A model generated the notes under the pieces. It did no database searches. It was given only the letters and a program-made list of their open reading frames with translations, and had not been told where the DNA came from. Below, in pieces: positions 41,967 through 52,926 of a DNA stretch of 64,000 nucleotides. The stretch is from an uncultured Desulfosarcina sp. (GTDB taxonomy: Bacteria; Desulfobacterota; Desulfobacteria; Desulfobacterales; Desulfosarcinaceae). The translations under genes were made by a program, and so were the position numbers. The number at the start of each line of letters is the position of its first letter. Position 1 is the first letter of the stretch. The stretch is from positions 3,104,001 through 3,168,000 of the forward strand of contig CAXXWQ010000004.1 of the NCBI GenBank assembly GCA_963674945.2, written 5' to 3'.

Positions 41967-44037
41967 TCAAAACGGCCTTGTGACTCAGGCGTATCTTGCC
42001 ATCCTTGGAAATTTCGAGGACCTTTACCCGTAACATGTCCCCCTCCTTGACGACATCCGTCACCTTTCCCACACGATGATTGGCCAGTTGACTGATGTGG
42101 ACCAATCCGTCGGTTCCAGGCACGATTTGAACGAAAGCCCCGAAATCGGTGGTTTTTACCACCTTTCCTTCGTAGATGACACCCACTTCAGGCTCCATGG
42201 TAAGCGCCTCGATCTCCTGACGGGCGGCATCGGCATCTTCGGCGGAAGTTGCGGCGATTTTCACCAAGCCGCTATCATCGATTTCGATCTTTGTATCGGT
42301 TTCCGCCTGGATGGCCCGAATTACCTTTCCTCCGGGGCCGATGACATCGCGAATCTTGTCCGGATTGATTTTAATGGCAATGATCTTGGGGGCGAACGGC
42401 GAAATGTCCTCCCTGGGAACGGCCAGGGCTTGGAGCATCTTGTCGAGGATGTGCAGCCGACCCGATCTGGCCTGAGCCAGGGCTTTTTCCATGATATCAC
42501 GGGAAAGCTCGTGAATTTTAATGTCCATCTGAAGGGCGGTGATGCCTTCGGCGGTGCCGGTAACCTTGAAATCCATGTCGCCGGTATGGTCTTCATCTCC
42601 CAGGATATCCGACAGAATCACCACCTGGTCGCCCTCTTTCACCAACCCCATGGCGATGCCCGACACGGGGGCCTTGATGGGTACACCTCCATCCATAAGG
42701 GCCAACGTCCCCGAACAGACGGTTCCCATGGAGGATGAGCCGTTGGACTCCAGCACCTCGGAGACGATGCGGATCGTATAGTCGAAATCCTCCTTGTCCG
42801 GCAATACCCGTTCCAGGGCACGGGTGGAAAGACCGCCGTGGCCGATATCCCGTCTGCTGGGCGCCCCCACCCGTTTGACCTCGCCCACCGAATAGGGCGG
42901 AAAGTTGTAATGAAGCATGAAGGGCCGGTTTTCCTCACCGCTCAAGGTTTCCACACGCTGCTCATCGCCACCCGATCCGAGGGTCAAGATTCCCAGTACC
43001 TGTGTCTCACCACGGGTAAACAGGGCGCTGCCATGCGGTCGGGGCAAGAGGCCGACTTCGCAAGTGATAGGACGGATTTCGTCGAACCGGCGATTGTCGA
43101 TGCGGCGACCCTCTTTGAGAATCATATCCCGGCAGATCTGCTTTTGCAGATCGCTCAATATGGAACCGATCTCATCGCGGCGTTCCGCCATTTCGTCACC
43201 CATTGCTTCGATGACCTGGGCTTTCACCGTACGTACAGCCTCGTATCGTTTCATCTTTTCGGGGATGGTCAGGGCTTCATGTAACGGCGCGGTCGCCTTT
43301 TCACGCAGCGTTTCAACCAGATCGGGGTCTTTTTCCGGTGGTGTAAACACCCGCTTGGTCTTGCCCAATTTTTCCTTGAGCTGCTCCTGGATGTCGATGA
43401 GCGGTTGGATGGCCTCGTGGCCGAAAAAAATTGCCGCGAGCATATCCTCTTCGCTTACCACGTCTCCGCCACCTTCCACCATGACCACACCGGTGCGGGA
43501 ACCGGCGACGATAATATTGATATCGCTTTGTGCCATCTGGGAAAGTGTGGGGTTGGCCACCCATTGGCCGTCGATTCGCCCGATGCGAACGCTGGCAATG
43601 GGGCCCGCGAAAGGAATATCGGAGATTTCCAAGGCCGCGGATGCACCCACCATGGCCAATACGTCCGGATCATTTTCCTGGTCCATGGAAAGGACTGTGG
43701 CGATCACCTGGGTTTCGTACCGGTACTCCTTGGGAAACAGAGGCCGAATGGGGCGATCGATCAGACGGGCGGTGAGGGTCTCCTTTTCACTGGGGCGTCC
43801 GATTTCCCTCCGAAAGTAATTGCCCGGAATCCTTCCGGCCGCGTATACTTTTTCCTGATACTCCACGGAAAGGGGTAGAAAATTGGTATCCCGCTCCTCG
43901 TTGGCGGAAACCACGGTTACCAACACCATCGTGTCGCCGTATTGAACCAATACGGACCCGGATGCTTGTTTGGCGACTTTTCCCGCCTGAATGCGAAGGG
44001 TTGTGCCTCCCAAATCGGCCTCGAATGTGTATTCCAT
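41938..44037 (-). CDS. pnp: Polyribonucleotide nucleotidyltransferase
   Basis: [26 protein letters not shown] and S1 domains. Confidence 0.97.
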   Translation of the reverse strand: MEYTFEADLGGTTLRIQAGKVAKQASGSVLVQYGDTMVLVTVVSANEERDTNFLPLSVEYQEKVYAAGRIPGNYFRREIGRPSEKETLTARLIDRPIRPLFPKEYRYETQVIATVLSMDQENDPDVLAMVGASAALEISDIPFAGPIASVRIGRIDGQWVANPTLSQMAQSDINIIVAGSRTGVVMVEGGGDVVSEEDMLAAIFFGHEAIQPLIDIQEQLKEKLGKTKRVFTPPEKDPDLVETLREKATAPLHEALTIPEKMKRYEAVRTVKAQVIEAMGDEMAERRDEIGSILSDLQKQICRDMILKEGRRIDNRRFDEIRPITCEVGLLPRPHGSALFTRGETQVLGILTLGSGGDEQRVETLSGEENRPFMLHYNFPPYSVGEVKRVGAPSRRDIGHGGLSTRALERVLPDKEDFDYTIRIVSEVLESNGSSSMGTVCSGTLALMDGGVPIKAPVSGIAMGLVKEGDQVVILSDILGDEDHTGDMDFKVTGTAEGITALQMDIKIHELSRDIMEKALAQARSGRLHILDKMLQALAVPREDISPFAPKIIAIKINPDKIRDVIGPGGKVIRAIQAETDTKIEIDDSGLVKIAATSAEDADAARQEIEALTMEPEVGVIYEGKVVKTTDFGAFVQIVPGTDGLVHISQLANHRVGKVTDVVKEGDMLRVKVLEISKDGKIRLSHKAVLNEQRESEDQ

Positions 44038-44240
44038 TGATTTCTTCTCTCCTGACTGGATAGGGAATGGGGCGATGGGTTACCGTCTCCTCCTAATTGT
44101 AAGTACGCAGGCCAATTGGTTGCCTTCGGGCCCCAAAACGGGAAGGCATTCGCTCGACGGCAATCATGTCTGTGGCCGTGTCACCCATGGCAACCGGCAG
44201 TTGCATCACGGCAAACGTTTTTCGTCGCAATGGGACAACC

Positions 44241-44510
44241 CTACCGCCGAAGGCCGAGGGTTTCGATGATGGATCGATACCGTTGAACGTCGTTTCTCTT
44301 GACATAGTTGAGCAACCTGCGACGTTTTCCGACCAACATCAACAGCCCCCGGCGGGAGTGATGGTCTTTTTTGTGCACCTTCAAATGTTCGGTAAGATAG
44401 GTGATCCGATGGGTGAGCAGACCGATCTGAACCTCCGGGGAACCGGTGTCGGAGTCATGCTGCTTGTATTTTTCGATGAGTTCCTTTTTGGTTTCTGCTG
44501 TGTAGGCCAA
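44241..44510 (-). CDS. rpsO: 30S ribosomal protein S15
   Basis: [23 protein letters not shown] start with AGGAGG. Confidence 0.97.
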   Translation of the reverse strand: MAYTAETKKELIEKYKQHDSDTGSPEVQIGLLTHRITYLTEHLKVHKKDHHSRRGLLMLVGKRRRLLNYVKRNDVQRYRSIIETLGLRR

Positions 44511-44569
44511 TGGTTCTTCCTCCTTGAAAGTATTGCTTCGATATAAACGATTTGTTCCCCTTATTACCT

Positions 44570-45481
44570 TTACTCTTGAAAAACACAACAATAATTATAC
44601 CTGTCCGTTTCCGGCGAAGAGGCCAGAATCGCGATTAGCGAACCTTGCCGGTCGACCACTTTAAACAGGTCGTCACCATTGCCCTGTTGGGGTGACGGAA
44701 AATCATCCATCGTAAGTTTCATGCCATTTCGAATCTGCCTTGCCAACCGGTCATCTGCGATTGCCGCTGGCATGGTCGGAAGCGCATCGTTCATGGAAAT
44801 CAAAACTTGGGCCAAATGGTCCTCGTTTCGATACCGCGCCATTTCTTCCAGTTTGAATGCATCGGCAAGCGTATACCCGCAACTCATTGTCCTGCGAAGC
44901 TTTGCAAGGTGCCCACCGCACCCCAGTTTCCGGCCCATATCCGCGCACAGGGTTCGTACGTAGGTACCGGATGAACATACAACTGAGAATCCAACCAGCG
45001 GCAGACGAATATCCGTGATCGAAAGCCGGTACACGCGAACCGGTCGGGGCGGTTTTTCCACAGGCACTCCGCGGCGCGCCAATTTATACAATGGCGTTCC
45101 ACAGTGTTTCAGGGCCGAATACGCCGGCGGGACTTGGGAAAGGGCACCCACGAATCCTTTGGCTGTTTCCCGTATCTTTTCATCCGACAGTTCTCGTATC
45201 GGCCGACGCCTGATGATACTGCCCGTTGCATCCTGCGTATCCGTCTCCACGCCCAATACCATTTGGGCATCGTACTCCTTGTCGCCTTTCACCAGGAACC
45301 GGGAGAGTCGCGTCGCCTTGTTGATGCAGCAGATCAGCACACCGGTGGCAAATGGATCCAATGTCCCGGTATGACCGACCTTTCTGGCTCCGAAGAGTTT
45401 CTTGACCTTGGAGACGACGCCCGCTGAGGATATCCCTTCGGGTTTGTCCACGACAACCAGTCCGCTCAGTTCAGCTGGCAT
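44570..45481 (-). CDS. truB: tRNA pseudouridine(55) synthase
   Basis: [24 protein letters not shown]. Confidence 0.96.
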   Translation of the reverse strand: MPAELSGLVVVDKPEGISSAGVVSKVKKLFGARKVGHTGTLDPFATGVLICCINKATRLSRFLVKGDKEYDAQMVLGVETDTQDATGSIIRRRPIRELSDEKIRETAKGFVGALSQVPPAYSALKHCGTPLYKLARRGVPVEKPPRPVRVYRLSITDIRLPLVGFSVVCSSGTYVRTLCADMGRKLGCGGHLAKLRRTMSCGYTLADAFKLEEMARYRNEDHLAQVLISMNDALPTMPAAIADDRLARQIRNGMKLTMDDFPSPQQGNGDDLFKVVDRQGSLIAILASSPETDRYNYCCVFQE

Positions 45482-46470
45482 TTCGGATTAAACGTATCGG
45501 ATAGATTGTAAATGGTCTGCTTCAACTCCGTAAGACGCGACTCCATCGAGAATCCGGCGGCACCGGTATGGCCACCGCCACCGAAATCCATCGCGATTCT
45601 GGAAACATCCACGCTTCCATCCGAACGTAAACTGACATGATATTTCTTACGGCCACCTGGATTGCCACTGCCGTTTTCCAGTTCATGGATCAAGGCGGCA
45701 ACCTTCACATCCCGAATGCGCCGGGCATAGTTGATCAACCCATCGGCGTCTTCGGGCTGCGTTCCGGTCTCCTCCAGCATCGCCTGGGTCACCGTCATGA
45801 TGGACAGATACCCATTGTTGGAAATTTCGATGGAATCCAATGCCAGGTTGAGCAGTTTGATACGTCCCAATGAATATGTGCCATATACATGCTGAGCAAC
45901 CGCAGATGGATTGACACCCATGGCCACCATCGCTTCGCATATGGTAAAGGCTGCCTGATTGGTGTTGGAAAATCGAAAAGAGCCCGTGTCGGTTAAAATT
46001 CCCGTATAGATTGCGGTGGCAATGGTCTGGTCTATGGCAATGTCCATGGCACGCTCCATGACCGAGATCAACCGGTATACGATTTCACAAGTCGCGCAGG
46101 CCTGTACATCCACGATTTGGTGGTTTCCGAATTGGGTGTTGGTCGTGTGGTGATCGATGTTGACGATAACGGGAATATCGGCGATGGCATCGGCCATGGC
46201 ACCCACGCGGCTGAGATTGCCACAATCCAAAATCACCGCCGTGTCAAAAGAAGCAACATCCGTCAAAACCTTCTGTATGCGGTCAACCGAGGGCAAAAAG
46301 CGATATACGGCGGGGATGGCGCTCTCATTGTACAAGACAACCTTGCACCCGACTTTTTCAAGGGCCAATCCCGTTGCCAATAGTGCGCCGATGGCATCGC
46401 CGTCTGGATTGGTGTGGGATACCAACAGGACGCGATCACTCTTTGTCAGTCGTTGGATTATCTTTTTCAT
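45466..46470 (-). CDS. nrnA: DHH-family oligoribonuclease/PAP phosphatase
   Basis: HTNPDGD, IDHH, DTGSF, GGGGH. Confidence 0.9.
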   Translation of the reverse strand: MKKIIQRLTKSDRVLLVSHTNPDGDAIGALLATGLALEKVGCKVVLYNESAIPAVYRFLPSVDRIQKVLTDVASFDTAVILDCGNLSRVGAMADAIADIPVIVNIDHHTTNTQFGNHQIVDVQACATCEIVYRLISVMERAMDIAIDQTIATAIYTGILTDTGSFRFSNTNQAAFTICEAMVAMGVNPSAVAQHVYGTYSLGRIKLLNLALDSIEISNNGYLSIMTVTQAMLEETGTQPEDADGLINYARRIRDVKVAALIHELENGSGNPGGRKKYHVSLRSDGSVDVSRIAMDFGGGGHTGAAGFSMESRLTELKQTIYNLSDTFNPKCQLN

Positions 46471-46822
46471 TATCAATCGTAATGGATTTCAATACGCGGT
46501 CAATTTGGGCGCCGTAATCGAAGGAATGATCGTAAAAAAACCGCAAATCCGGCATGTAGCGAAGACCCAGCGCTTTTGCCAGTTCCCGTTTGATAAATCC
46601 CTTGGCGCTCTCAAATCCCTCCAACACAGCCTTTTCGCCATGGGGCGAACCATGTGCGGCGAAATAGACGTTGGCGATTCTCAGATCACGACTCATCGTC
46701 ACACCGGTTATGGTCGCCTGGGCAATCCGTGGATCGTTGATGCCCTTTCGGATCAGATCTGACAGAATCTTCTGCACCTGTCCGCCGACCCGATCTGCTC
46801 TGTTAAAAGACCGGTTTACCAC
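46436..46822 (-). CDS. rbfA: Ribosome-binding factor A
   Basis: RADRV, DPR, SRDLR, LRYMPDLRF.YD.S. Confidence 0.95.
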   Translation of the reverse strand: MVNRSFNRADRVGGQVQKILSDLIRKGINDPRIAQATITGVTMSRDLRIANVYFAAHGSPHGEKAVLEGFESAKGFIKRELAKALGLRYMPDLRFFYDHSFDYGAQIDRVLKSITIDNEKDNPTTDKE

Positions 46823-46841
46823 GTTGATCTCGCATTTTTAT

Positions 46842-47129
46842 TCAATAATTGATGATCTCCATTTGTGTGTCGATCATTTCGGCGAGCCCCAAATCTTCGG
46901 CAAAGTTGAACAATTTGTCCAGTTTGGCGTTGATCATCCGGCGCTGGGCTCCCACCATGCTGATGCCGATGACGGCCCGCTGGTAGATGTCGTTGTCCGC
47001 CACTTCGGACACCGAAGCATTGAAGTTGTTCCGGATGCGGGCGACGATCGCCTTGACCACCTTTCGTTTCTCCTTCAATGATCGGCATTGATGAATTCTG
47101 AAAACGATTCTGCCGACACCCACAACCAT
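46842..47129 (-). CDS. DUF503 (YlxP) family protein
   Basis: SLKEKRKVVK...FNASVSEV; between infB and rbfA. Confidence 0.9.
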   Translation of the reverse strand: MVVGVGRIVFRIHQCRSLKEKRKVVKAIVARIRNNFNASVSEVADNDIYQRAVIGISMVGAQRRMINAKLDKLFNFAEDLGLAEMIDTQMEIINY

Positions 47130-47138
47130 GATGACTCG

Positions 47139-50009
47139 TTACTCCACTTCCGGTCTAATTTCTTCCAAGTAGTAGCTTTCGATCACATCGCCGACTTTGA
47201 TATCATTGAAATTCTCGATGGCGATGCCGCACTCGTAGCCGGTCTGTACCTCTTTCACATCGTCTTTGAAACGGCGCAGACTGCTGTTTTTCCCTTCGTA
47301 GGTGATAATGCCGTCTCGAAGTAGCCGCATGAGCTGTCCCCGCTGAATTTTGCCGTCGGTTACGTAGCATCCGGCGATGGTGCCAACTTTTGGTACGTGG
47401 AATGTCTGCCGAACCTCGGCGCGGCCGAGGACTCTTTCCTCGTAGGTCGACTCCATCATGCCCATGATGGCGTCTTTAACCTCTTTGATAACGTTATAAA
47501 TAACGTTGTGGAAGCGCATATCCACATTCTCTTCGGACGCCATTTCCTGTACCTTGGCATTGGGACGAACGTTGAAGCCGATGATAATGGCATCGGAACC
47601 CGCGGCCAGAAAGATATCCGATTCGGTGATCGTTCCGGTGGCTGCATGGACCACATTGATACTGACTTCATCATTGGAAAGCTTGACCAAAGAGTCTCTC
47701 AATGCCTCGATGGAACCGTCCACATCTGCCTTGATGATCAAATTCAGATCCTTGACCTCGCCCTGTTGCATCTTTTCGAACAGCCCTTCGAGGCTCAGCC
47801 GGTTGGTCTTGGCCAGTTCCTTGGATCGCTGTTTCTGGATACGGTGCTGGCTTACCTGCCGGGCGTCTTTTTCATCTTCCAGGGCGATCAATTCATCCCC
47901 TGCCATGGGAACACCGGAAAGCCCGACGATTTCTACCGGCATGGAGGGGCCGGCGGAATCCACCGTACGGCCCAGATCATCCTGAAGCACCCGGATTTTT
48001 CCGTAGTGCATCCCGCAAACGACGGAGTCGCCGGCGCGAAGCGTACCCTCCTGAACCAAAACGGTGGCCACGGGGCCGCGTCCGGAGTCGAGCTTGGCCT
48101 CGACAACATGGCCGCTTGCCAGTTTGTTCGGATTGGCTTTCAGTTCCAGGATCTCCGCCTGAAGCAGAATCATCTCGAGCAGTTCATCGATTCCCGTATT
48201 CTTCTTGGCCGATACCATGACGCAAATGGTATCGCCGCCCCAAGCTTCCGGTACCAGGCCATGCTCGCTGAGTTCACGCTGAACACGATCGGGATCGGCA
48301 TCGGGCTTATCCATCTTGTTTACGGCTACGATAATGGGTACGTTAGATGCCTTGGAGTGATTGATTGCTTCGATGGTCTGGGGCATGACTCCGTCATCGG
48401 CCGCCACGACCAAAATAACGATGTCGGTTACCTTGGCACCGCGTGAACGCATGGCGGAGAAGGCTTCGTGTCCGGGTGTGTCCAAAAAGGCGATCACTCC
48501 TTTATCGGTCTCGACATGATAGGCACCGATATGCTGGGTAATGCCACCGGCCTCCCCTTCCGTCACCCGGGTTTTTCGAATCACGTCAAGCAGCGAGGTC
48601 TTGCCGTGGTCGACATGCCCCATGATGGTCACCACGGGAGGGCGGGGAATCAATGCTTCGGGATCATCCTTTTCGGTCTTTTTCAGGATCACATCCTCTT
48701 CGAAGGATGCCTTTTCGACTTCGTAGTTGAATTCCCCCGCAACCAGCACCGCCGTGTCGTAATCGATGGTCTGGTTGACGGTGGCCATGACCCCCATTCC
48801 CATAAGCTTGACGATCATTTCATTGGCCTTGATGCCCATTCGCTTGGCGAGTTCCGACAAGACGATGGTTTCATCGATTTTCACCCGTCGCTTGATGGCC
48901 TTTGCCGTCGTGATCTGGGTTTTCTGTCCGATCGGTGCGGCCTTGGCGGCCTTACCGCCCTTGCGACCCTTCCGACCACGCTTCCCGCTGTAAAGGGCGG
49001 CGCCCTCGACGATCTCTTTCTTTCTGCCGCCTCCTCTTTTCCTGCCGAACCGGTTGTCCTGCTCCTCCACTGCTTTTTTGCGCCATCCCTTTTTCTTTTC
49101 CCTGGGGCTGGCGGTGGTATCCATGGAGGACGGTTCTGCCTGCTCCATCGGTGGCGTTCGCTTTGCGTTGATCGCCGCGATTTTTGACTTTGTCGGAAGC
49201 TTGATGATCGTGGCCGGCGCCTCCTTTTTCCCCTTTTTCCCCTTTACCGGGGAGACCTTGGACGGCTTGGGTTGTGTTGGTTTGGCCTGTTCTTTTTCTG
49301 CCGGCGCCTCTTTTTCTGGCGAAGTCGTCGCTTCGGATACCGTTTCATCCACAGCTTCTTCTTGTTTGGGAATTTCGGTATCCTGGGGTGCTTCGGCTTG
49401 GGGGGGCAAGACCTCGGCAACCGTTTGCTCTTCCTTGGAAATCGATTCTTCCGACTCTGGCGCCGATGTCGGTTCGGACGCTTCGAGAAGTGTCGAAACC
49501 GACTCGTCGGCAGCGGGCACCTCCGGTTCCTCTGTTTGTTTCTCGACAACCGGCTTGGAGATGATTTTTGCCGATTCGACCCGCTTTCGCCGTTTTGTTG
49601 CTGGCTTCTTCTCCTCTGGCGCTGTCTCTTTTGGTTCTTGTGCTGTCCGTTTCTCCGTTTCGATGGCCGGCGTCACCGTTTCGATGGCCGGCGTCACCGT
49701 TTCTTCCGGTTCGGTCGAAACGGCGGCTTCTGGTTCCTTCTCGGGCGTGGCTTCGGTCGCCGAGACCTCCGATTCCTTGGGGGGAACAACCTTGCGTCGT
49801 CGGATTACAGTGGGCCGGATGCGCTTTTCTTCAAGGTTTTTGTCTTTTTCGTCTCCGAAAAGCGCCGATTTTACCATTGCCACTGCATCTTCATCCAGAG
49901 AACTCATATGACTGCTGACTTCGATATCCAGGTCTCGGATTTTGTCCAAGAGTTCCCTGTTCGTCATGTTTAGATCTCTGGCAAATTCATATACTCTGAT
50001 TTTTGCCAT
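47139..50009 (-). CDS. infB: Translation initiation factor IF-2
   Basis: [27 protein letters not shown]-terminus MAKIRVYE. Confidence 0.97.
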   Translation of the reverse strand: MAKIRVYEFARDLNMTNRELLDKIRDLDIEVSSHMSSLDEDAVAMVKSALFGDEKDKNLEEKRIRPTVIRRRKVVPPKESEVSATEATPEKEPEAAVSTEPEETVTPAIETVTPAIETEKRTAQEPKETAPEEKKPATKRRKRVESAKIISKPVVEKQTEEPEVPAADESVSTLLEASEPTSAPESEESISKEEQTVAEVLPPQAEAPQDTEIPKQEEAVDETVSEATTSPEKEAPAEKEQAKPTQPKPSKVSPVKGKKGKKEAPATIIKLPTKSKIAAINAKRTPPMEQAEPSSMDTTASPREKKKGWRKKAVEEQDNRFGRKRGGGRKKEIVEGAALYSGKRGRKGRKGGKAAKAAPIGQKTQITTAKAIKRRVKIDETIVLSELAKRMGIKANEMIVKLMGMGVMATVNQTIDYDTAVLVAGEFNYEVEKASFEEDVILKKTEKDDPEALIPRPPVVTIMGHVDHGKTSLLDVIRKTRVTEGEAGGITQHIGAYHVETDKGVIAFLDTPGHEAFSAMRSRGAKVTDIVILVVAADDGVMPQTIEAINHSKASNVPIIVAVNKMDKPDADPDRVQRELSEHGLVPEAWGGDTICVMVSAKKNTGIDELLEMILLQAEILELKANPNKLASGHVVEAKLDSGRGPVATVLVQEGTLRAGDSVVCGMHYGKIRVLQDDLGRTVDSAGPSMPVEIVGLSGVPMAGDELIALEDEKDARQVSQHRIQKQRSKELAKTNRLSLEGLFEKMQQGEVKDLNLIIKADVDGSIEALRDSLVKLSNDEVSINVVHAATGTITESDIFLAAGSDAIIIGFNVRPNAKVQEMASEENVDMRFHNVIYNVIKEVKDAIMGMMESTYEERVLGRAEVRQTFHVPKVGTIAGCYVTDGKIQRGQLMRLLRDGIITYEGKNSSLRRFKDDVKEVQTGYECGIAIENFNDIKVGDVIESYYLEEIRPEVE
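49657..49703. repeat. 21-bp tandem duplication in the infB linker
   Basis: CGTTTCGATGGCCGGCGTCAC twice, encoding ETVTPAI twice. Confidence 0.85.
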
Positions 50010-50071
50010 CCATTCCCCCCAAACTCGTTTTGTAAGCATTTATCACATTGTCACCCGTAACAAATGTGGCG

Positions 50072-51484
50072 CTACCTCGTCTCCTCGGAGGCATCGGTAT
50101 CTGAATCTGCGTCTTGATCGGTCGCTTCGGCGGACGCTTCAAGCGCATCCACCGGTGCATCGGCAGCTTCTTCGAGGTCTCGTGCATCGGCCGGTTTTTC
50201 GGTCTGCGCTGCATCGGCCTTTTCTTCCAATCTGCGGGATTCACGCGCCTGGGCGACAGAATGTCTCGCGTTTTCAATCAGAATGACGGCCTTTTCCTGC
50301 CCGATACCCCGAATATCGATCAGTTCCTCGACGGTGGACTCGGCCAATTCGTCGGCGGAATAAATCCCTTTCTCGAAAAGTGCGTCGGCCAAACTGTCAC
50401 CGACGCCGGGAATATTGACAAGCGACTCGAAGCCGATCTTCAACATTTCCTCGTATTTGGACTCGGATGTGACGTCCAGATGCCAACCGGTCAGTTTCGA
50501 GGCCAGGCGAACGTTTTGACCGCGTTTCCCGATTGCCACGGAGAGAAACTCGTCGGGAACGATCACCTCCATGGCATTGTTCTCTTCATCTATGATGACC
50601 CGCGATATTTCCGCCGGTGCCAGGGCGTTGCAAACAAATTTGGCCGCATCCACATGCCAGGTGATGATATCGATTTTCTCTCCTCTAAGTTCCTGCACCA
50701 CATTCTGAACCCGGCTTCCCTTCATGCCCACACAGGCACCTACCGGATCGATATCGGAGTCATTTGAGGAGACGGCAAACTTAGCACGAACACCCGGTTC
50801 CCGGGCGGCCCCCTTGACCTCTACAATGCCTTCACTAATCTCTGGCACTTCGGTTTTAAACAGGTTGATGAGAAGATCGGGATGGGTTCTGGATAGAACG
50901 ATCTGGGGGCCGCGGGTATCGTATAGGACGTCATGGATCAGGGCTCGGATCCGATCGCCCCTTCTGTAGGTTTCCCTGGGTATCTGTTCCCGTGTCGGCA
51001 GGATCGCTTCGGTGGTTCCCAGGTTAACGATAATGTTACCCCTGTCGACCCGTTGCACGATGCCATTTATGACTTCACCCTTTCGATCGATATAGCTGGA
51101 ATAAACGGCATCCCGTTCGGCATCTTTCATCTTTTGAATGATCACCTGTTTGGCGGATTGCGCAGCGATTCGACCGAAGGTCGTGGTATCCATCTTGCTG
51201 CCCAGGCTGTCTCCGATTTCACAATCCGGATCGAGTTCCCTGCCCTCCTCCAGGCTGATCTGCAGGTCCGGTTCGCTTACGTGCTCTACGACCTCCTTGA
51301 ACTGGAAAACTTCGATCTCTCCCGTGTCAGGACTGTACTGCGCCTCAATGTCCACTTTACTGCCGAATTTTTTTCTGGCAGCTGAACGCAGTGCCTCTTC
51401 CAGGGCACGGATTAGAATCTCGACATCGATGCCCTTGTCCCGGCTTACCTGCTCCACCACACGTTTGATATCTGCGATAAACAT
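50072..51484 (-). CDS. nusA: Transcription termination factor NusA
   Basis: FGRIAAQSAKQVI, DPVGACVG, AIGKRGQNVRLA. Confidence 0.97.
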   Translation of the reverse strand: MFIADIKRVVEQVSRDKGIDVEILIRALEEALRSAARKKFGSKVDIEAQYSPDTGEIEVFQFKEVVEHVSEPDLQISLEEGRELDPDCEIGDSLGSKMDTTTFGRIAAQSAKQVIIQKMKDAERDAVYSSYIDRKGEVINGIVQRVDRGNIIVNLGTTEAILPTREQIPRETYRRGDRIRALIHDVLYDTRGPQIVLSRTHPDLLINLFKTEVPEISEGIVEVKGAAREPGVRAKFAVSSNDSDIDPVGACVGMKGSRVQNVVQELRGEKIDIITWHVDAAKFVCNALAPAEISRVIIDEENNAMEVIVPDEFLSVAIGKRGQNVRLASKLTGWHLDVTSESKYEEMLKIGFESLVNIPGVGDSLADALFEKGIYSADELAESTVEELIDIRGIGQEKAVILIENARHSVAQARESRRLEEKADAAQTEKPADARDLEEAADAPVDALEASAEATDQDADSDTDASEETR

Positions 51485-52032
51485 CAGTGTTCTCCGTTAT
51501 AGTTGATCAGCCGTGCCCTTGTTATGTGTTCAAAATCCAGATGTACCATTTTGTCCTGTAATTGAACCCGGACCATGTTATCGACCACGCCGTGCAATAT
51601 CCCGGTGAAATTCCTTCGACCGTCAATGGGCTCATCCATGCGGATATTGGCTCGATGTCCTTGAAAACGAATAAAATCCTGAAGCTTTCCAACGGGTCGA
51701 TCAATGCCCGGCGAAGAGACTTCCAACCGGTACGGCGGAGCGTCTTGCATGTGCACATCCAGAAGGTCACCCAGTTGTCTGCTGATCTCGACACAATCGT
51801 CCAGTGTAATACCTCCAGGCTTGTCAATGTAGAGACGCAGGGTCAAACCGCCCGGTTCCCGTTGGAAATCCACATGCACCAGTTCCATGCCTTCTGCGCT
51901 GCACAAGGGATCGCCCAGACGGGTCACCCTTTCGATAAATGCCTGCTGTCGCTTTTTGCTTGTATTGTTCGGTTGACGACCTTTTTTTTCCTCACCACTT
52001 TTTTTTCTTCGTCTTGCCGACTGCTTCGTCAT
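51484..52032 (-). CDS. rimP: Ribosome maturation factor RimP
   Basis: LRLYIDK..GI.LDDC, YRLEVSSPGIDRP; start uncertain. Confidence 0.93.
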   Translation of the reverse strand: MTKQSARRRKKSGEEKKGRQPNNTSKKRQQAFIERVTRLGDPLCSAEGMELVHVDFQREPGGLTLRLYIDKPGGITLDDCVEISRQLGDLLDVHMQDAPPYRLEVSSPGIDRPVGKLQDFIRFQGHRANIRMDEPIDGRRNFTGILHGVVDNMVRVQLQDKMVHLDFEHITRARLINYNGEH

Positions 52033-52050
52033 TTTTGCACCGAGAAAAAC

Positions 52051-52074
52051 AAAAACGGGCAACCAGCCCGTTTT
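52051..52074 (-). promoter_or_regulatory. rimP leader hairpin (terminator-like)
   Basis: AAAACGGGC-TGGTT-GCCCGTTTTT on the minus strand just before rimP. Confidence 0.6.
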
Positions 52075-52187
52075 CAATTCAACCGATTATGGATTCCATC
52101 ACCTACCTGTCCATAAAAATCACGCCCCTGGAAAATCGACCCTTCTTCAGGTGAAGATCACCGTAACAGGCGAAAACGGACTTGAAT

Positions 52188-52263
52188 TGGAGCGGGCAAC
52201 GAGACTCGAACTCGCGACACCAAGCTTGGGAAGCTTGTACTCTACCAACTGAGCTATGCCCGC
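52188..52263 (-). tRNA. tRNA-Gly (CCC)
   Basis: GCGGGCATAGCTCAGTTGGTAGAG...CAAGC TT CCC AA GCTTG...GTTCGAGTC...GCCCGCTCCA; 76 nt with encoded CCA. Confidence 0.96.
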
Positions 52264-52277
52264 TCACCAAAGCATAT

Positions 52278-52306
52278 TATTTAAGGCAAAACAGGTGTGC
52301 TGTCAA
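52278..52306 (-). promoter_or_regulatory. sigma70 promoter of tRNA-Gly/rimP
   Basis: TTGACA-17 nt-TAAATA. Confidence 0.65.
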
Positions 52307-52370
52307 TAACTTTCTATAATATCGCCGGCCTTTTGTGACCTTTGAAGTCCCACTTTCCAAAGATGAGCGA

Positions 52371-52733
52371 TCAGCGTCGACTCTCATCGATCAAATCGCG
52401 AATTCGAATCAGCTCTCTTTTTACCTCGGTCAAATCCATTGTTTTTTCATTCGATGGGAGCAAGGGGGCAGTCTTTTGTTTGAGATGTCGTCTTGCGCCG
52501 TCGATGGTGAATTTTTTTTCATACAGCAAATGTTTGATTCGCAGAATCAGTGCCACATCCTGCCTTCGGTAAAGTCGCTGGCCCGCATCGGTTCGCTTGG
52601 GCCTGATTTGAACAAATTCCGTTTCCCAGAATCGAAGGACATAGGCGGGTACGTCGGCGATCTGACTGACTTCACCGATCTTGAAGTAAATCTTATCGGG
52701 AATGGTGACCGGGCTGTGGGAATCATTTTCCAT
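52371..52733 (-). CDS. MerR-family HTH protein (type usually downstream of pheT-ihfA)
   Basis: IPDKIYFKIGEVS...VLRFWETEF...QRLY...FTIDGAR; start uncertain. Confidence 0.9.
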   Translation of the reverse strand: MENDSHSPVTIPDKIYFKIGEVSQIADVPAYVLRFWETEFVQIRPKRTDAGQRLYRRQDVALILRIKHLLYEKKFTIDGARRHLKQKTAPLLPSNEKTMDLTEVKRELIRIRDLIDESRR

Positions 52734-52734
52734 C

Positions 52735-52859
52735 GACGGCTTCGTAAAGAGTTCGATATCGGCGTTACGCTTCACTCCTCGTCACTGCGACGTATCCAAC
52801 CATACGCCTCATTCCTCGGGACTCGCAATCCTTGATCTCGGACTCTTTACGAATCCGTC
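52735..52859. mobile_element. 125-bp MITE/REP-like element
   Basis: 26-bp terminal inverted repeats (23/26) GACGGCTTCGTAAAGAGTTCGATATC ... GATCTCGGACTCTTTACGAATCCGTC. Confidence 0.7.
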
Positions 52860-52926
52860 CGAAATAAGACTTTTTTTCATCATCCATTACAATTGGAAAA
52901 AAGGCCTGTACGGGACTTCTCGCCGA

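Noticed and set aside
44086..44094. Strong SD-like AGGAGGAG in the pnp leader
   Set aside because: No start codon at suitable spacing, so no uORF was called
52141..52263. tRNA-Gly as an island integration site
   Set aside because: No duplicated tRNA 3' end or integrase seen; both flanks are core genes
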